In this document: positions 1 through 10,934 of the stretch, piece by piece | Layout: every line of letters begins with the position of its first letter | Numbering within the stretch: the first letter of the stretch is position 1 | NCBI GenBank assembly: GCA_963842525.1 | Contig: CAWJGT010000003.1 | Location: 1,024,001 to 1,088,000 of the forward strand | Reading direction: 5' to 3' | Length of the DNA: 64,000 bases | Source of the DNA: an uncultured Holophagales bacterium | GTDB lineage: Bacteria; Acidobacteriota; Thermoanaerobaculia; Multivoradales; UBA5704 | Notes under the pieces: model-generated | Told to the model about the DNA's origin: nothing | What the model saw: only the letters and a program-made list of their open reading frames with translations | The model's database searches: none | Program-made: the position numbers and the translations under genes

Positions 1-2
1 AC

Positions 3-3000
3 ATGGACCTGCCCGATGGCGGGGCGGTCATCCGGGCGCAGCGTATCGAACGGGACCTTGGGCACTGGGGCCGCAGGCTCTACGACGTCCTGTTCACGGT
101 CGCGGACAACCGCGATTTTCTGAGAGAGCTTCTCGCCGGTCCGGAGCCGCGCAGGTTGACCATCGCCACCCGGGACCCGGCGCTGCTGCGGCTGCCGTGG
201 GAGCTGATGGCCGATGACGCGGGCAGCCTGGCGCAGCGCTTGTCGGTGCGCCGGCAGTTGGAGCAGCCGGAAGAGACCACGCCGCGCCCGGCGCAGCTCC
301 CGCTGCGCATCCTCTACATCGTCAGCCGTCCGGCCAATGCGGGCTTTATCGATCCGCGGCTCACGTCGAAGGCGCTCTTCGATGCTTTGGATCCACTCGG
401 TGCCAGCGTGCGCGTGGATTTCTGCCGTCCGCCCACTCTTGCACGCATGGAAGAGATGCTGCGCGACGAACAGGTGGCCGGAGATCCATATGACCTCGTT
501 CACTTCGATGGCCACGGTACCTTCCTGCCGCAAGCGCAGATCGGTGCATTGCTTTTCGAGAAGTCCGACGACGGCTCCGGCGCATCCGTGGCCGACCTCG
601 TTCCGGCCGATCGTCTCGGCGATCTGCTGGCGAGCTACACCATCCCGCTCGTCGTGCTCGAAGCGTGCCGCAGCGCCACGGTAGGCAAGACCGCCGTCTT
701 TCGCTCCGTCGCACCGCGCCTGATCCAGGCGGGTGTGGGTAGCGTGCTCTCGATGGGCCATGCCGTCCATGTCGAGGCCGCGCGGCGGCTGCTCGACCGC
801 TTCTATCGCGAGCTCGTCCGCGGCACCACGATCGGACAGGCCGTGGCCGAGGCCCGGAAGGCACTGCTGTCCAGTCCGGCGCGCTGGATCGAACCTGGTC
901 CCGGTGGACGCACGATCGAGCTGCGCGACTGGTTTCTGCCGCACCTCTACCAGAGCGCCGAGGATGACGCGCTCGTCCCGCCCGAGGCCGAGCGGCAGCA
1001 CCTGGTGTGGCGGTTCGACGTATTCTTGAGTCATCAGCACAACGACTCCACTCGTGTCGAGGCGCTCGCCCTCCAGCTCAAAGAGAAGCACGGCCTACGT
1101 GTGTGGCTGGACCTATGGGAGTGCGATACGGGCGACGACGTGGAACCCCGTTGCGAGATCGGCATCAAGAACAGCCGCTTCACCGTCGTCGTCGGATCAC
1201 AAACCGCGCTGAGATCGAAGTGGGTGCAATGGGAGATCGACCGGCACCTGGCCTTCCATCCCGAGGGCGATCGACTGATCCCTATCAAGCTCGAGCGGCT
1301 GGAGCTCCCGCCCGAATTGAATGATTTGCGTTGGGTGGATTTCACCGATCCTGCCCAGGACGCCGAAGCCGCCGTACACCTTGCCCGGCTCGTCCGAAGC
1401 ACGGACGCCGAGCACGCCCGCCAGCGCCGTGGGTTCCGCAGCCCGGCTAATCCCTTTCCGCTCCCGCCCCAGCATGGCTTCCATGGGCGGGCGCGGGAAC
1501 TTTACGAGTTGGAGCGACAGCTTTGGACCGAGCGCGGCATTGTGTTGCACGCCATGGGCGGCATGGGCAAGACTGCGCTCGCCACAGAGGCCGCTCACTG
1601 GTGGGCACGCAGCGGCCTGTTCCGCGACGGAGCGTGCTTCTTGAGCTTCGAGCAGTTCGCCAGCGCCGACCGCGTCGTGCAGGTGCTCGGCAGCTATCTC
1701 GGCGGGCCGAGGTTCGAACAGCTCCCCGCCGTCGAGCAACGCGACCGCGCCATCGAGCTCTTCCAGGAAAAGGGAGTTCTCATGGTCTGGGACAACTTCG
1801 AGAGCGCCTTGCCGCAGTTCAATGACGGCGGCGCTCCCCACGGCAACCCTTACACCGACGTCGAGCGCCAACGCCTCGCCGAGCTGTTCCGCGATCTCAC
1901 CAACGGCCCGGGGAAAGGTTGTCTTCTCGTCACCTGCCGCCCTGGCGACACCGGATTGCCCGGTGCGCAGCCGTACGAGCTCCAAGGTCTGGCCCGAGCC
2001 GACAGCCTCTGGCTCCTCGCGAGCATCCTGCGGCGCGACGGCCTCACCCTTGCCGATCCCCGGCTGAGCCGCGACAAGCTCGATCCGCTCCTGCGCGACC
2101 TAGCTGATCACCCGCTCTCCCTGGAGCTTGTCGGCCCCTATCTGCGCACCCTCACCCCCGAGGCCATCCGTGCGGACTTCGGCAAGCTCCTCGCAAAGTT
2201 TCAGCAGGAAACCCCCGAAGGCCGAAACCAATCCCTGCTCGCCTCTCTGGAGTTCTCCCTCCGCCACCTGAGCCCCGCCGCCCGCGAAGCCCTGCCCTGG
2301 CTCGGCCTCTTCAGCGGCGGGGTGTTCGAGATCAATCTGCTCGAGGTGAGCCATCTTGCCCCGGAGGACTGGGAACCTATCCGGCGGGAGTTGCAAGGCA
2401 TCGCCCTCCTGCGCTCCGAGGACGACATCCAGATCGGAGACCGCCCTTTCCTGCGCTTCCACCCCACCCTCGCCTCGACCGCCGCCGGTCCCACCCTTGC
2501 GCAGAATCCAGAGATCCGACAACGCTTCCTTAGCTCCTATGGTGCCTTTATGCGGGTTCTGGCCAAGGCGCTGAGTGGCGCGCAATCGCATGGCGCACTG
2601 GAAGCCCTGAACCGCGAGGAGGCGAACTACCGCACCGCGGTCCAATGGGCTGTGGCCGATCAGCAGCTCCAAGCCGCCGCAAGGCTGGGCGCCGCATTCT
2701 CTCTCTACCTCAAAAGGTCAGGGCGCCTCCGCGAACGCGATGCTTGGGTGCAGTGGCTGAAGGATGCGGTAGATCAACAGGGCTTCACGGAAGAAGCCGC
2801 TGACTACGAGCGGCAGCACGCCTGGACGCGCTTCACCCAGGGCAATCCGCAGGGCGCGGTGGATCAGCTTCAAACCCTCATCGACCGCCTCCGCAACACG
2901 ACTGAATTCGATCCCGCGTTTCAGTTGGCGCTGGCGGTCCTCGACTTGGGCAAGGTGCTGGAACATGCAGGCGCCTCTGCGCAAGCCATCCCCTTCTTGC

Positions 3001-4265
3001 GGCAGGCTGTCGGCCACTGGGAGGCGTTGGTGGAGAAAAACGGAGGCCGCTTCTCGGAAGGGTCCATGGCCTCTCCCGACGACGCGACGGCTGCGCCGGA
3101 ACTGGGCTACCTTTCAGCCGCCATGGGCGATCTGGCAAATGCTCTGAGTGACGCAGGCCAACACGATGAAGCTCTAGCCGTGGCGGAAAGAGGGCTGCAG
3201 ATTAACAAGAGGAGGGGCGACCACCGCGAGGTCGCCGCTTATCAAACCTGTTGCGCCAGCATCCTCAAGGCAACTGGCCGCTACGACGAGGCCGACGCCC
3301 GCTACGACCTAGCTCTCGCCGCCGCCCGCCAAGCTGGGGACAGGGATCTGGAGGGAACAATCCTTCAGCATCAGGGCGGCCTTGCCAACGATCGCAACCA
3401 ACTCGATCGCGCCAGCCTCCTCTCCCAGGAGGCGCTAGAGTCCTTTCAGGAGGCGGGCGCTCAGGGTTCGATGGTGCGGACCTACAACCTCCTCGGCGTA
3501 GTTGAACAAAAGTCTGGCCGGCTGGCCGAGGCACGAGCGTGGTATGAGAAATCGCGCGAGCTGGCCGTGCAACTGAAGGATCAGGTCGGCCTAGGCCAGG
3601 CAGCTCAGAACATCGGCATGGTCTGGCAACAGGAAGGCGACGCCGCCCGCAAGCGGGGCGAGGAGCCCGACGCCCGGCGGCACTTCGAAGAAGCCTGTCG
3701 CTTTGTGGCGGAAAGTCTGCGGATCTGGAAAGCCCAGAAAAACAAACCATATGAAGCCGCTTCATGGAACGGACTCGCACAGATTCACCTCCGACTCGGC
3801 GATCTTGCCGCCGCCGAACGCCATGCCCACGCAGCTCGCCAGATCCACGAATCCCTCGGCCTCAAGGAAGCTTGGAGGGACTACAACACCCTCTCCGAGA
3901 TCGCCCAAGCCCGCGGCGACCTCGCTGCTGCCGCCGAGTGGGCCAAGAAACGCGATGACCTGCTTGCCGAGCTCAAGCGTCGCGCTGGAGGAGGCGGTGA
4001 CCTGCCTGCCCAGATGCTCGAGGCCCTGCAAGCCCTGACTCTTGCCTGTGCCCAAGCTGGCTTCGGGGATGGCGGCCTCGGCCCTGGCGAGGAAGAAGCC
4101 CTTGCCCAACTCGATGGGCTCCCTGCCCAGTTTCCTGACTTTGCCGCCTTTCTCCGTCAGATCGCCGCGGGTGAGCTGCCACCGATTCCCAACGGCCTGC
4201 CGGTCGAGCTTCGGCAGTGGCTGGAGGAGTTGGTGCAGGCGATCAGTGATCCTGCAACGCCCTGA
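3..4265 (+). CDS. CHAT (caspase-like) + TIR + STAND/NB-ARC ATPase + TPR protein (NLR-like); 5' end probably outside the window
   Basis: CHAT dyad motifs HFDGHG and LEACRS; TIR start FDVFLSHQHND..LRVWLD and SKWVQWEI; Walker A AMGGMGKT, Walker B VLMVWDNFE; long C-terminal TPR-like helical repeats. Confidence 0.85.
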   Translation: MDLPDGGAVIRAQRIERDLGHWGRRLYDVLFTVADNRDFLRELLAGPEPRRLTIATRDPALLRLPWELMADDAGSLAQRLSVRRQLEQPEETTPRPAQLPLRILYIVSRPANAGFIDPRLTSKALFDALDPLGASVRVDFCRPPTLARMEEMLRDEQVAGDPYDLVHFDGHGTFLPQAQIGALLFEKSDDGSGASVADLVPADRLGDLLASYTIPLVVLEACRSATVGKTAVFRSVAPRLIQAGVGSVLSMGHAVHVEAARRLLDRFYRELVRGTTIGQAVAEARKALLSSPARWIEPGPGGRTIELRDWFLPHLYQSAEDDALVPPEAERQHLVWRFDVFLSHQHNDSTRVEALALQLKEKHGLRVWLDLWECDTGDDVEPRCEIGIKNSRFTVVVGSQTALRSKWVQWEIDRHLAFHPEGDRLIPIKLERLELPPELNDLRWVDFTDPAQDAEAAVHLARLVRSTDAEHARQRRGFRSPANPFPLPPQHGFHGRARELYELERQLWTERGIVLHAMGGMGKTALATEAAHWWARSGLFRDGACFLSFEQFASADRVVQVLGSYLGGPRFEQLPAVEQRDRAIELFQEKGVLMVWDNFESALPQFNDGGAPHGNPYTDVERQRLAELFRDLTNGPGKGCLLVTCRPGDTGLPGAQPYELQGLARADSLWLLASILRRDGLTLADPRLSRDKLDPLLRDLADHPLSLELVGPYLRTLTPEAIRADFGKLLAKFQQETPEGRNQSLLASLEFSLRHLSPAAREALPWLGLFSGGVFEINLLEVSHLAPEDWEPIRRELQGIALLRSEDDIQIGDRPFLRFHPTLASTAAGPTLAQNPEIRQRFLSSYGAFMRVLAKALSGAQSHGALEALNREEANYRTAVQWAVADQQLQAAARLGAAFSLYLKRSGRLRERDAWVQWLKDAVDQQGFTEEAADYERQHAWTRFTQGNPQGAVDQLQTLIDRLRNTTEFDPAFQLALAVLDLGKVLEHAGASAQAIPFLRQAVGHWEALVEKNGGRFSEGSMASPDDATAAPELGYLSAAMGDLANALSDAGQHDEALAVAERGLQINKRRGDHREVAAYQTCCASILKATGRYDEADARYDLALAAARQAGDRDLEGTILQHQGGLANDRNQLDRASLLSQEALESFQEAGAQGSMVRTYNLLGVVEQKSGRLAEARAWYEKSRELAVQLKDQVGLGQAAQNIGMVWQQEGDAARKRGEEPDARRHFEEACRFVAESLRIWKAQKNKPYEAASWNGLAQIHLRLGDLAAAERHAHAARQIHESLGLKEAWRDYNTLSEIAQARGDLAAAAEWAKKRDDLLAELKRRAGGGGDLPAQMLEALQALTLACAQAGFGDGGLGPGEEEALAQLDGLPAQFPDFAAFLRQIAAGELPPIPNGLPVELRQWLEELVQAISDPATP

Positions 4266-4324
4266 ACGACTCCAGGCTCCGTCAAGGTGGGTGGTAGCGT
4301 GGGCGGGACCTCACCCCCTGGCCC

Positions 4325-4558
4325 CATAGGCGCTAACTTACCGCTGCCCCGGCGCGCCCCGCCACTGTAGAGACGCCCCGTGGGGCGTCTCCGAAGCGGC
4401 GACATCGTTCAGAGGCCAGCGCAGGTGCGCGGTCACCCGACTGACATTGCGCCCGATCCGCCACCTTCCAATTCGGTCCGTCTTTGCCGCCGCGGAGACG
4501 CCCCACGGGGCGTCTCTACAGTGGCGCCTGCGGCGGGGTGGGTAAGTTAGCGCCTATG
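4325..4558. mobile_element. MITE-like non-autonomous element (234 bp) with 18-bp terminal inverted repeats and an internal REP doublet
   Basis: CATAGGCGCTAACTTACC (4325-4342) and GGTAAGTTAGCGCCTATG (4541-4558) are perfect inverses; inner 34-bp inverted repeat 4360-4393/4493-4526; flanking direct repeat CCCCCTGGCCC at 4314-4324 and 4560-4570. Confidence 0.7.
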
Positions 4559-4919
4559 CCCCCCTGGCCCCCTCTCCCATCTTCCACCCTCCCTTCCCCG
4601 GGAGAGGGGGAACGTGTTTGTTGCCTCTGTGGTGAGCCCGCAAAACGGCTCGTGATGCGTTTCCCCGGGCTTGCGAATTGTGTTGTGATTGTGCGCGCCA
4701 TGATACGCAATCGATACGAAGAGCACAAACGGCGGGCTGGAGGAGCAGCTCCGCGATGTGCTCGGCTATGAGCCGGACCGCGGCTCCCTCCTCCGGATTC
4801 TCCGAGAGCTGGTCCGAGAAGAGAGTCCCCGCGTCCAGCCTCTGGGGACCGGCCAGATCCCCACGGTGTAACCGCAAGACCGGCGGGCTACACACGCCTG
4901 AGCCCGACATCACTACCGC

Positions 4920-5190
4920 CACAATCTGCATCACCACGCGTTCGGACTGCAACGCTCCGATCACAACGCGAGACACTCCTGCCGATTCGTGCATCACGCG
5001 TGCCAGTCCGTGAGACACTCCTTGTAGCTCAGGAGTCACTCCTGCCACTCTCGGAGTGTGTCGAGGCACGCTGGGAGTGATGCGCGCCACCCTCGGAATG
5101 ATTCGCGCCACACTCGGAGTGTCGCACGCCACGCTGGGAGTGATGTCTGCCGCGGCCGTAGTGATGCACGCCACGATAGTTGTGGCGTCC
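4920..5190. repeat. Degenerate 21-bp tandem repeat array
   Basis: Units such as CACGCTGGGAGTGATGCGCGC start at 5046, 5067, 5088, 5109, 5130; more degenerate on either side. Confidence 0.7.
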
Positions 5191-5367
5191 GAAAAGGCGG
5201 CCGTCTTGCCGCTTTTCGCAGGTGCGATAGAGCTTCCAGGCGGAGCGCCGCCGAATGCAGCGAGAGTGCTCCGCGCTACGGCGGTAGGAGCGGCGAGCTC
5301 GGAGCGGCCGGCGCCCATTCCGGCGCTGGTGAGCCCGCAATCGGGTCGAGTCGCTGTAAACGCCTTC

Positions 5368-5396
5368 TTGGCGATCCGCGCCTGACGATGTAGAAT
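5368..5396 (+). promoter_or_regulatory. sigma70-type promoter for the riboswitch-ahcY transcript
   Basis: TTGGCG-N17-TAGAAT just upstream of the riboswitch. Confidence 0.55.
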
Positions 5397-5401
5397 ATCA
5401 A

Positions 5402-5484
5402 GCTGTCCGAGGAGCGTTGCAGGAGGCCCCTCCTCCCAGGCTCGGACGCCGGCCATGACCGGGAGCACGAACGGCGCTCACCTC
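5402..5484 (+). ncRNA. SAH (S-adenosylhomocysteine) riboswitch
   Basis: CCGAGGAGCGTTGC ... CCAGGCTCGG ... AACGGCGCTCA matches the SAH riboswitch consensus and lies in the ahcY leader. Confidence 0.88.
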
Positions 5485-5541
5485 AACCCTTTCCGGGCCG
5501 GTGAGCGACCCTCCCGCCCGGGACCCTCTGAGGAGGTCATC

Positions 5542-6978
<1,437 letters not shown>

Positions 6979-6979
6979 G

Positions 6980-7128
6980 CCCTCTCCCCCGACCCCTCTC
7001 CCGCGCGGCCACCACCGTCCACCCCGAGCGGGAGAGGGGCGCCACCACCCAGCCTCTCTCCTTCCCCCTCTCCCGTTCGGAGTGGGGGGCGGGGGACGCA
7101 CGGGAGAGGGGGCCAGGGGGTGAGGGTT
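6980..7128. repeat. CCCCTCTCCC/GGGAGAGGGG intergenic palindromic repeat pair
   Basis: Two hairpin units between convergent ahcY and DAHP synthase genes; same family at 4560, 33921, 34506, 34652, 61875. Confidence 0.7.
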
Positions 7129-7132
7129 CGGA

Positions 7133-8527
7133 TCACGCTGACGTGACGGCCCGCAGCCGTGGCGTCCTCTCGGCCTGCGACATCCGATTCGCGATCAGCA
7201 GCGCCATCTCCAGGGCCTGCTCGTAGTTGAGGCGCGGGTCGACCTGCGACTGGTAGAAGTGGCGCAGGTCTTCGTCGTTCAAGCCGCGGGCGCCGCCCGT
7301 GCACTCGGTCACGTTGTCGCCGGTCAGCTCGAAGTGGACGCCGCCGAGGTAGGAGCCGGCCTCCTGGTGGATGTCGAAGGCCTGCTCGAGCTCGGCGAGG
7401 ATGTGGTCGAAGCGCCGGGTCTTCACGTTGTTCGCGGTCGTCTCGGTGTTGCCGTGCATCGGATCGCAGACCCAGAGGGCTGTGCGGCCGGTCCGGCGGA
7501 CCGCGTCGAGCAGCGGCGGCAGGCCGTCGGCGATCCGGCGGTGGCCGAACCGGTGGATGAAGGTGAGGCGGCCCGGCTCGCGGCGGGGATCGAGGATCTC
7601 CGCGAGCTCCAGGAGGGTCTCGGGGGTCACTCCCGGCCCTACCTTGAGGCCGATCGGGTTGGCAATGCCACGGAAGTACTCGACGTGCGAGCCGTCGGGC
7701 TGCGCGGTGCGCATGCCGATCCAGGGGAAGTGGGTCGAGAGGTTGTACCAGCCGGTGCGGTGCGGCACCTGCCGTGTCTGCGCCTGCTCGTAGAGGAGGT
7801 GCAGCCCCTCGTGGCTGGTGAAGTAGTCCACCCGCCCGAGCTCGCCCACCGACTGGCCGGCCAGGGTCTCCAGGAAGCGCAGCGACTCGCCGATCGCGGA
7901 GACGATCCGCTGGTACTCCTCGGCGTGCGGCGAGTGCTGGACCCAGTCGAGGTCCCAGTATTCGGGGTGGTGGAGGTCGGCGAAGCCGCCGTCGATCAGG
8001 GAACGGATGAAGTTGATCGTGAGGCCGGCCCGCTCATAGCCGCGCAGCAGGAGGTCGGGGTTGGGCGTGCGGTCGGCCAGGGTGTACGGCGCGCGGTTCA
8101 CCAGCTCGCCGCGGTAGGACGGCAGCGAGACGCCGTCGCGGGTCTCCATGTCCTCGCTGCGCGGCTTGGCGTACTGGCCGGCGAAGCGCCCCACCCGGAT
8201 GATCTTTTTGCGCAGGCCGTGGGTGAGCACCAGGCTCATCTGGAGGAGGATCTTCAGCTTGTTGGCGATCACCGCCGAGGTGCAGTCGGCGAAGCTCTCG
8301 GCGCAGTCGCCCCCCTGGAGGAGGAACCGCTGGCCGCTGGCCGCCTCGGCGAGCTGCGACTTCAGCCGTTCGATCTCCCAGGAGGTGACCAGCGGCGGCA
8401 GGCAGGACAGGTTGCCCAGCACCTCCTCCAGGTGCGCGGCATCCGGATAGGCCGGCTGCTGGAGCGTGCGCTTGCTCTGCCAGGAGGTGGGGGTCCAGTC
8501 GGGCGCCATACCGTTCGAATCTAGCAT
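7133..8527 (-). CDS. Class II 3-deoxy-7-phosphoheptulonate (DAHP) synthase
   Basis: FLLQGGDCAESF, GRFAGQYAKPRS, WIGMRT, CDPMHGNT, GGVHFELTG, DPRLN motifs. Confidence 0.95.
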   Translation of the reverse strand: MLDSNGMAPDWTPTSWQSKRTLQQPAYPDAAHLEEVLGNLSCLPPLVTSWEIERLKSQLAEAASGQRFLLQGGDCAESFADCTSAVIANKLKILLQMSLVLTHGLRKKIIRVGRFAGQYAKPRSEDMETRDGVSLPSYRGELVNRAPYTLADRTPNPDLLLRGYERAGLTINFIRSLIDGGFADLHHPEYWDLDWVQHSPHAEEYQRIVSAIGESLRFLETLAGQSVGELGRVDYFTSHEGLHLLYEQAQTRQVPHRTGWYNLSTHFPWIGMRTAQPDGSHVEYFRGIANPIGLKVGPGVTPETLLELAEILDPRREPGRLTFIHRFGHRRIADGLPPLLDAVRRTGRTALWVCDPMHGNTETTANNVKTRRFDHILAELEQAFDIHQEAGSYLGGVHFELTGDNVTECTGGARGLNDEDLRHFYQSQVDPRLNYEQALEMALLIANRMSQAERTPRLRAVTSA

Positions 8528-8561
8528 CTCGTGCTCCGGAACGGTATGGCGCCCTCGTGCG

Positions 8562-10608
8562 CTATTGGTAGTACCCGTTGATGTCCAGGATGAAGTGGGT
8601 GGTCCCGGCCGCCGAGTTCTGGACGCCGAAGGTGCCGGTTCCGTTGGTGGACAGCGTCAGGGTGGCGTTGTTGGCGCGGGTCTGGCCGGGCCGGAAGTTG
8701 ATGGAGCTCGTGCCCAGCGGGAAAGCGTTACCGGGGTAGAGCGAGAGCAGGCCGGCGGCCGATGGCGTGACGACAGTCACGTTGACCGAGAGGGCCTTGG
8801 CCGCCGCCGGGACGCCGCAGACGCCCGCGGCCGTGAAGATCCGCTGCTGTCCCGCGGAGAGAACAGGGCCGCCCAGGGGCCCGTTCGCGTTGCGCGTGTC
8901 GAGCATGCGGCAGGGGTTCAGGGTATAAAAACGCAGCCCGGCGGATGGGGGGGCATAGAAGTAGGCGTTGCTCTTCGTGGCACTGGTGCCGTCGGTGTTG
9001 GTCACCGTCACGCCCACGGCGCCGGTCGATCGGGCCGGCGTGAGCGCGGTGATGGTCGTGGGGCTGAGCACGGCGACCGACGTTGCCGCCGTGCCTCCGA
9101 AGCTCACGGTCGCACCGGCCCGGAAGTTGGTGCCGGTGATCGTCACCGGCCTGCCGCCCGCGGTCGTGCCGCTGTTCGGGAGCACCGCGACGACCGTCGG
9201 CGGCGGCGCGGCGCCGGAGGGGAAGATACAGGTGTTGACCCGGCTCTGGATCTTGGGATTGAGCAGGTTGACCGTCGCCGGGTGGAACACCAGCGAGAGG
9301 TTGCAGCCGCCGAGCAGGTGGCAGTAGCTCATCAGCGTCCCGCGGACGTTGGTGACGCCGTTGATCGTCGTCGCGGCCGGGCAGCTCGCAGCGCCGGAGT
9401 GGCACCCGGCGCCCTCGCTGCCGTAGCAGGTGTCGACCGGCGGGTTGTAGCAGTGGGTGTGGGGCGAGCCGAAGTTGTGGCCGATCTCGTGGGCCGTGAC
9501 CATGATCTCGCCGAAGGACGGCGTCGTGCCGCTCAGGAAGAGCTGGTTGTAGCTGTACCCGGTGCTCTTGCTGCAGAGCGCGTCGATCCAGGCGATGCCC
9601 GAGGCCCCGGAGCCGCCCCGGCCGGAGAGCATGGCCGCCACGGCGCGGTTGATGCTCGCATGATTGGTCGACCAATAATTCCTGAATTCCTGGAGCTTGG
9701 CGAAGGTGTCGGTGCCCGTCACCGTATAGGGATCCGGCGTCGTCGAGACGCGGAGGAACGTGTTCCCCTGGACGAGCCGGATCAGGAGGTCCCGCTCGTA
9801 GATGACGTTCATCGACGCGAACAGGCTGGCGATGAAGTTGGTCGCCGTCGTCGTGTTGTTCGCGAATTTGTTCTGCAGGAGCTCGTTGTCGGTGTCGATC
9901 GCGACCGAGGCGGTATGCAGGCTGGTGATCGCTGCCGCGAAGATCGGCTCGGTGGCGGCGGCCTGCGCCCGTTCCTCCAGGAACTCCAGGGGGGCGCCGT
10001 CCTGGTCGCACCGCCACTGGTCCGGCGTCTCGGGCTTGTCGCGGAAGTAGTCCGACGGCGCGACCAGGTGCTGCCGAGGGCCGGCAGTCTGGCCCGGTGC
10101 GGTCTCGAGCGGGCGCAGCTCGTGGGGCTTGCCCTCCTCGACGGCGAGGCCCCGGAGCTTCCCGGCTGTCCGGGTCGATGGAGACCATGACCCGGGTCCC
10201 CACGTCGCCCTCGGCCGCTCCCCAGAAGAAGACGAGGCTCGAGCGCGGCACCTCGGTGGGAGCGCCCTTGCCGACCTTCCAGATCTTCGCGTCGGGCGCA
10301 TAGACCTCATGGCGGGTGACGAGCACGTCCGCCCGTCGCTCGGGGGTGATCGGCCAGCCGGCGAGCCGCGCCTCCTCACCGACCTGCAGGCGCAGGAGCT
10401 GGGGCACCGGGTCCACCCCGAACGTCACCAGCTCGGCGCGGTTCGGGTTTCCTGCCGCCGCCTCGATCACCTGCCCCTCGACGGCGGAATCGATCCGGAT
10501 CGGCGCCCGGGCCTGGGTTGGCGATGCGGCCCACGTCGCCGTCGAGACGAGCAGACCAGCGGAAACAACACTCACCACCCCGAAGAGTCGACGGAAGCTC
10601 TCCATGAA
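8562..10608 (-). CDS. Secreted M12/reprolysin-like zinc metalloprotease with IPT/TIG and C-terminal PCR..DTR domain (frameshift near 10165)
   Basis: Signal peptide and prodomain in ORF 8728..10614; HEIGHNFGSPH and the C-terminus in ORF 8562..10379; colinear with the paralog at 10935..12992. Confidence 0.85.
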
Positions 10609-10712
10609 GGGCACCTCCTGCGTTTGACCGCTGACATAACAGCTTATCGCTAACCGTCTATTCCCGGAAGACCTGGATTCCGCGAGAGGGCGCCTGGAGC
10701 CGGGGTGAGCCC

Positions 10713-10916
10713 GTGTGGGACCGCTGGCGGCCGACGGCGATGTTGATGCCGCTGACCCCGTGGGTCGTGGCCCAGGTCCTGGTCGCCAACGGTCTGCTCG
10801 GCCTGGTTTTCGGCTGGCTCTACTGGCGCGACGGCCTGGAGAGCGCCATGGTGGCGCACTTCTCGACCGACATCATCCTGCACGTGATCGGGCCGCTGCT
10901 GCCGTTCGGCAGTTAG
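10713..10916 (+). pseudogene. C-terminal remnant of a CPBP/CAAX (Abi) intramembrane protease
   Basis: NGLLGLVFGWLYWRDGLESAMVAHFSTD is the terminal CPBP motif; the N-terminal EExxxR motif is absent. Confidence 0.6.
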
Positions 10917-10934
10917 GCGCAGCAGCGGCGGCCG

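Noticed and set aside
4554-5468. 304-aa minus-strand ORF with heptad repeats
   Set aside because: It overlaps the riboswitch and promoter, has no recognisable domain, and is kept open by the 21-bp repeats
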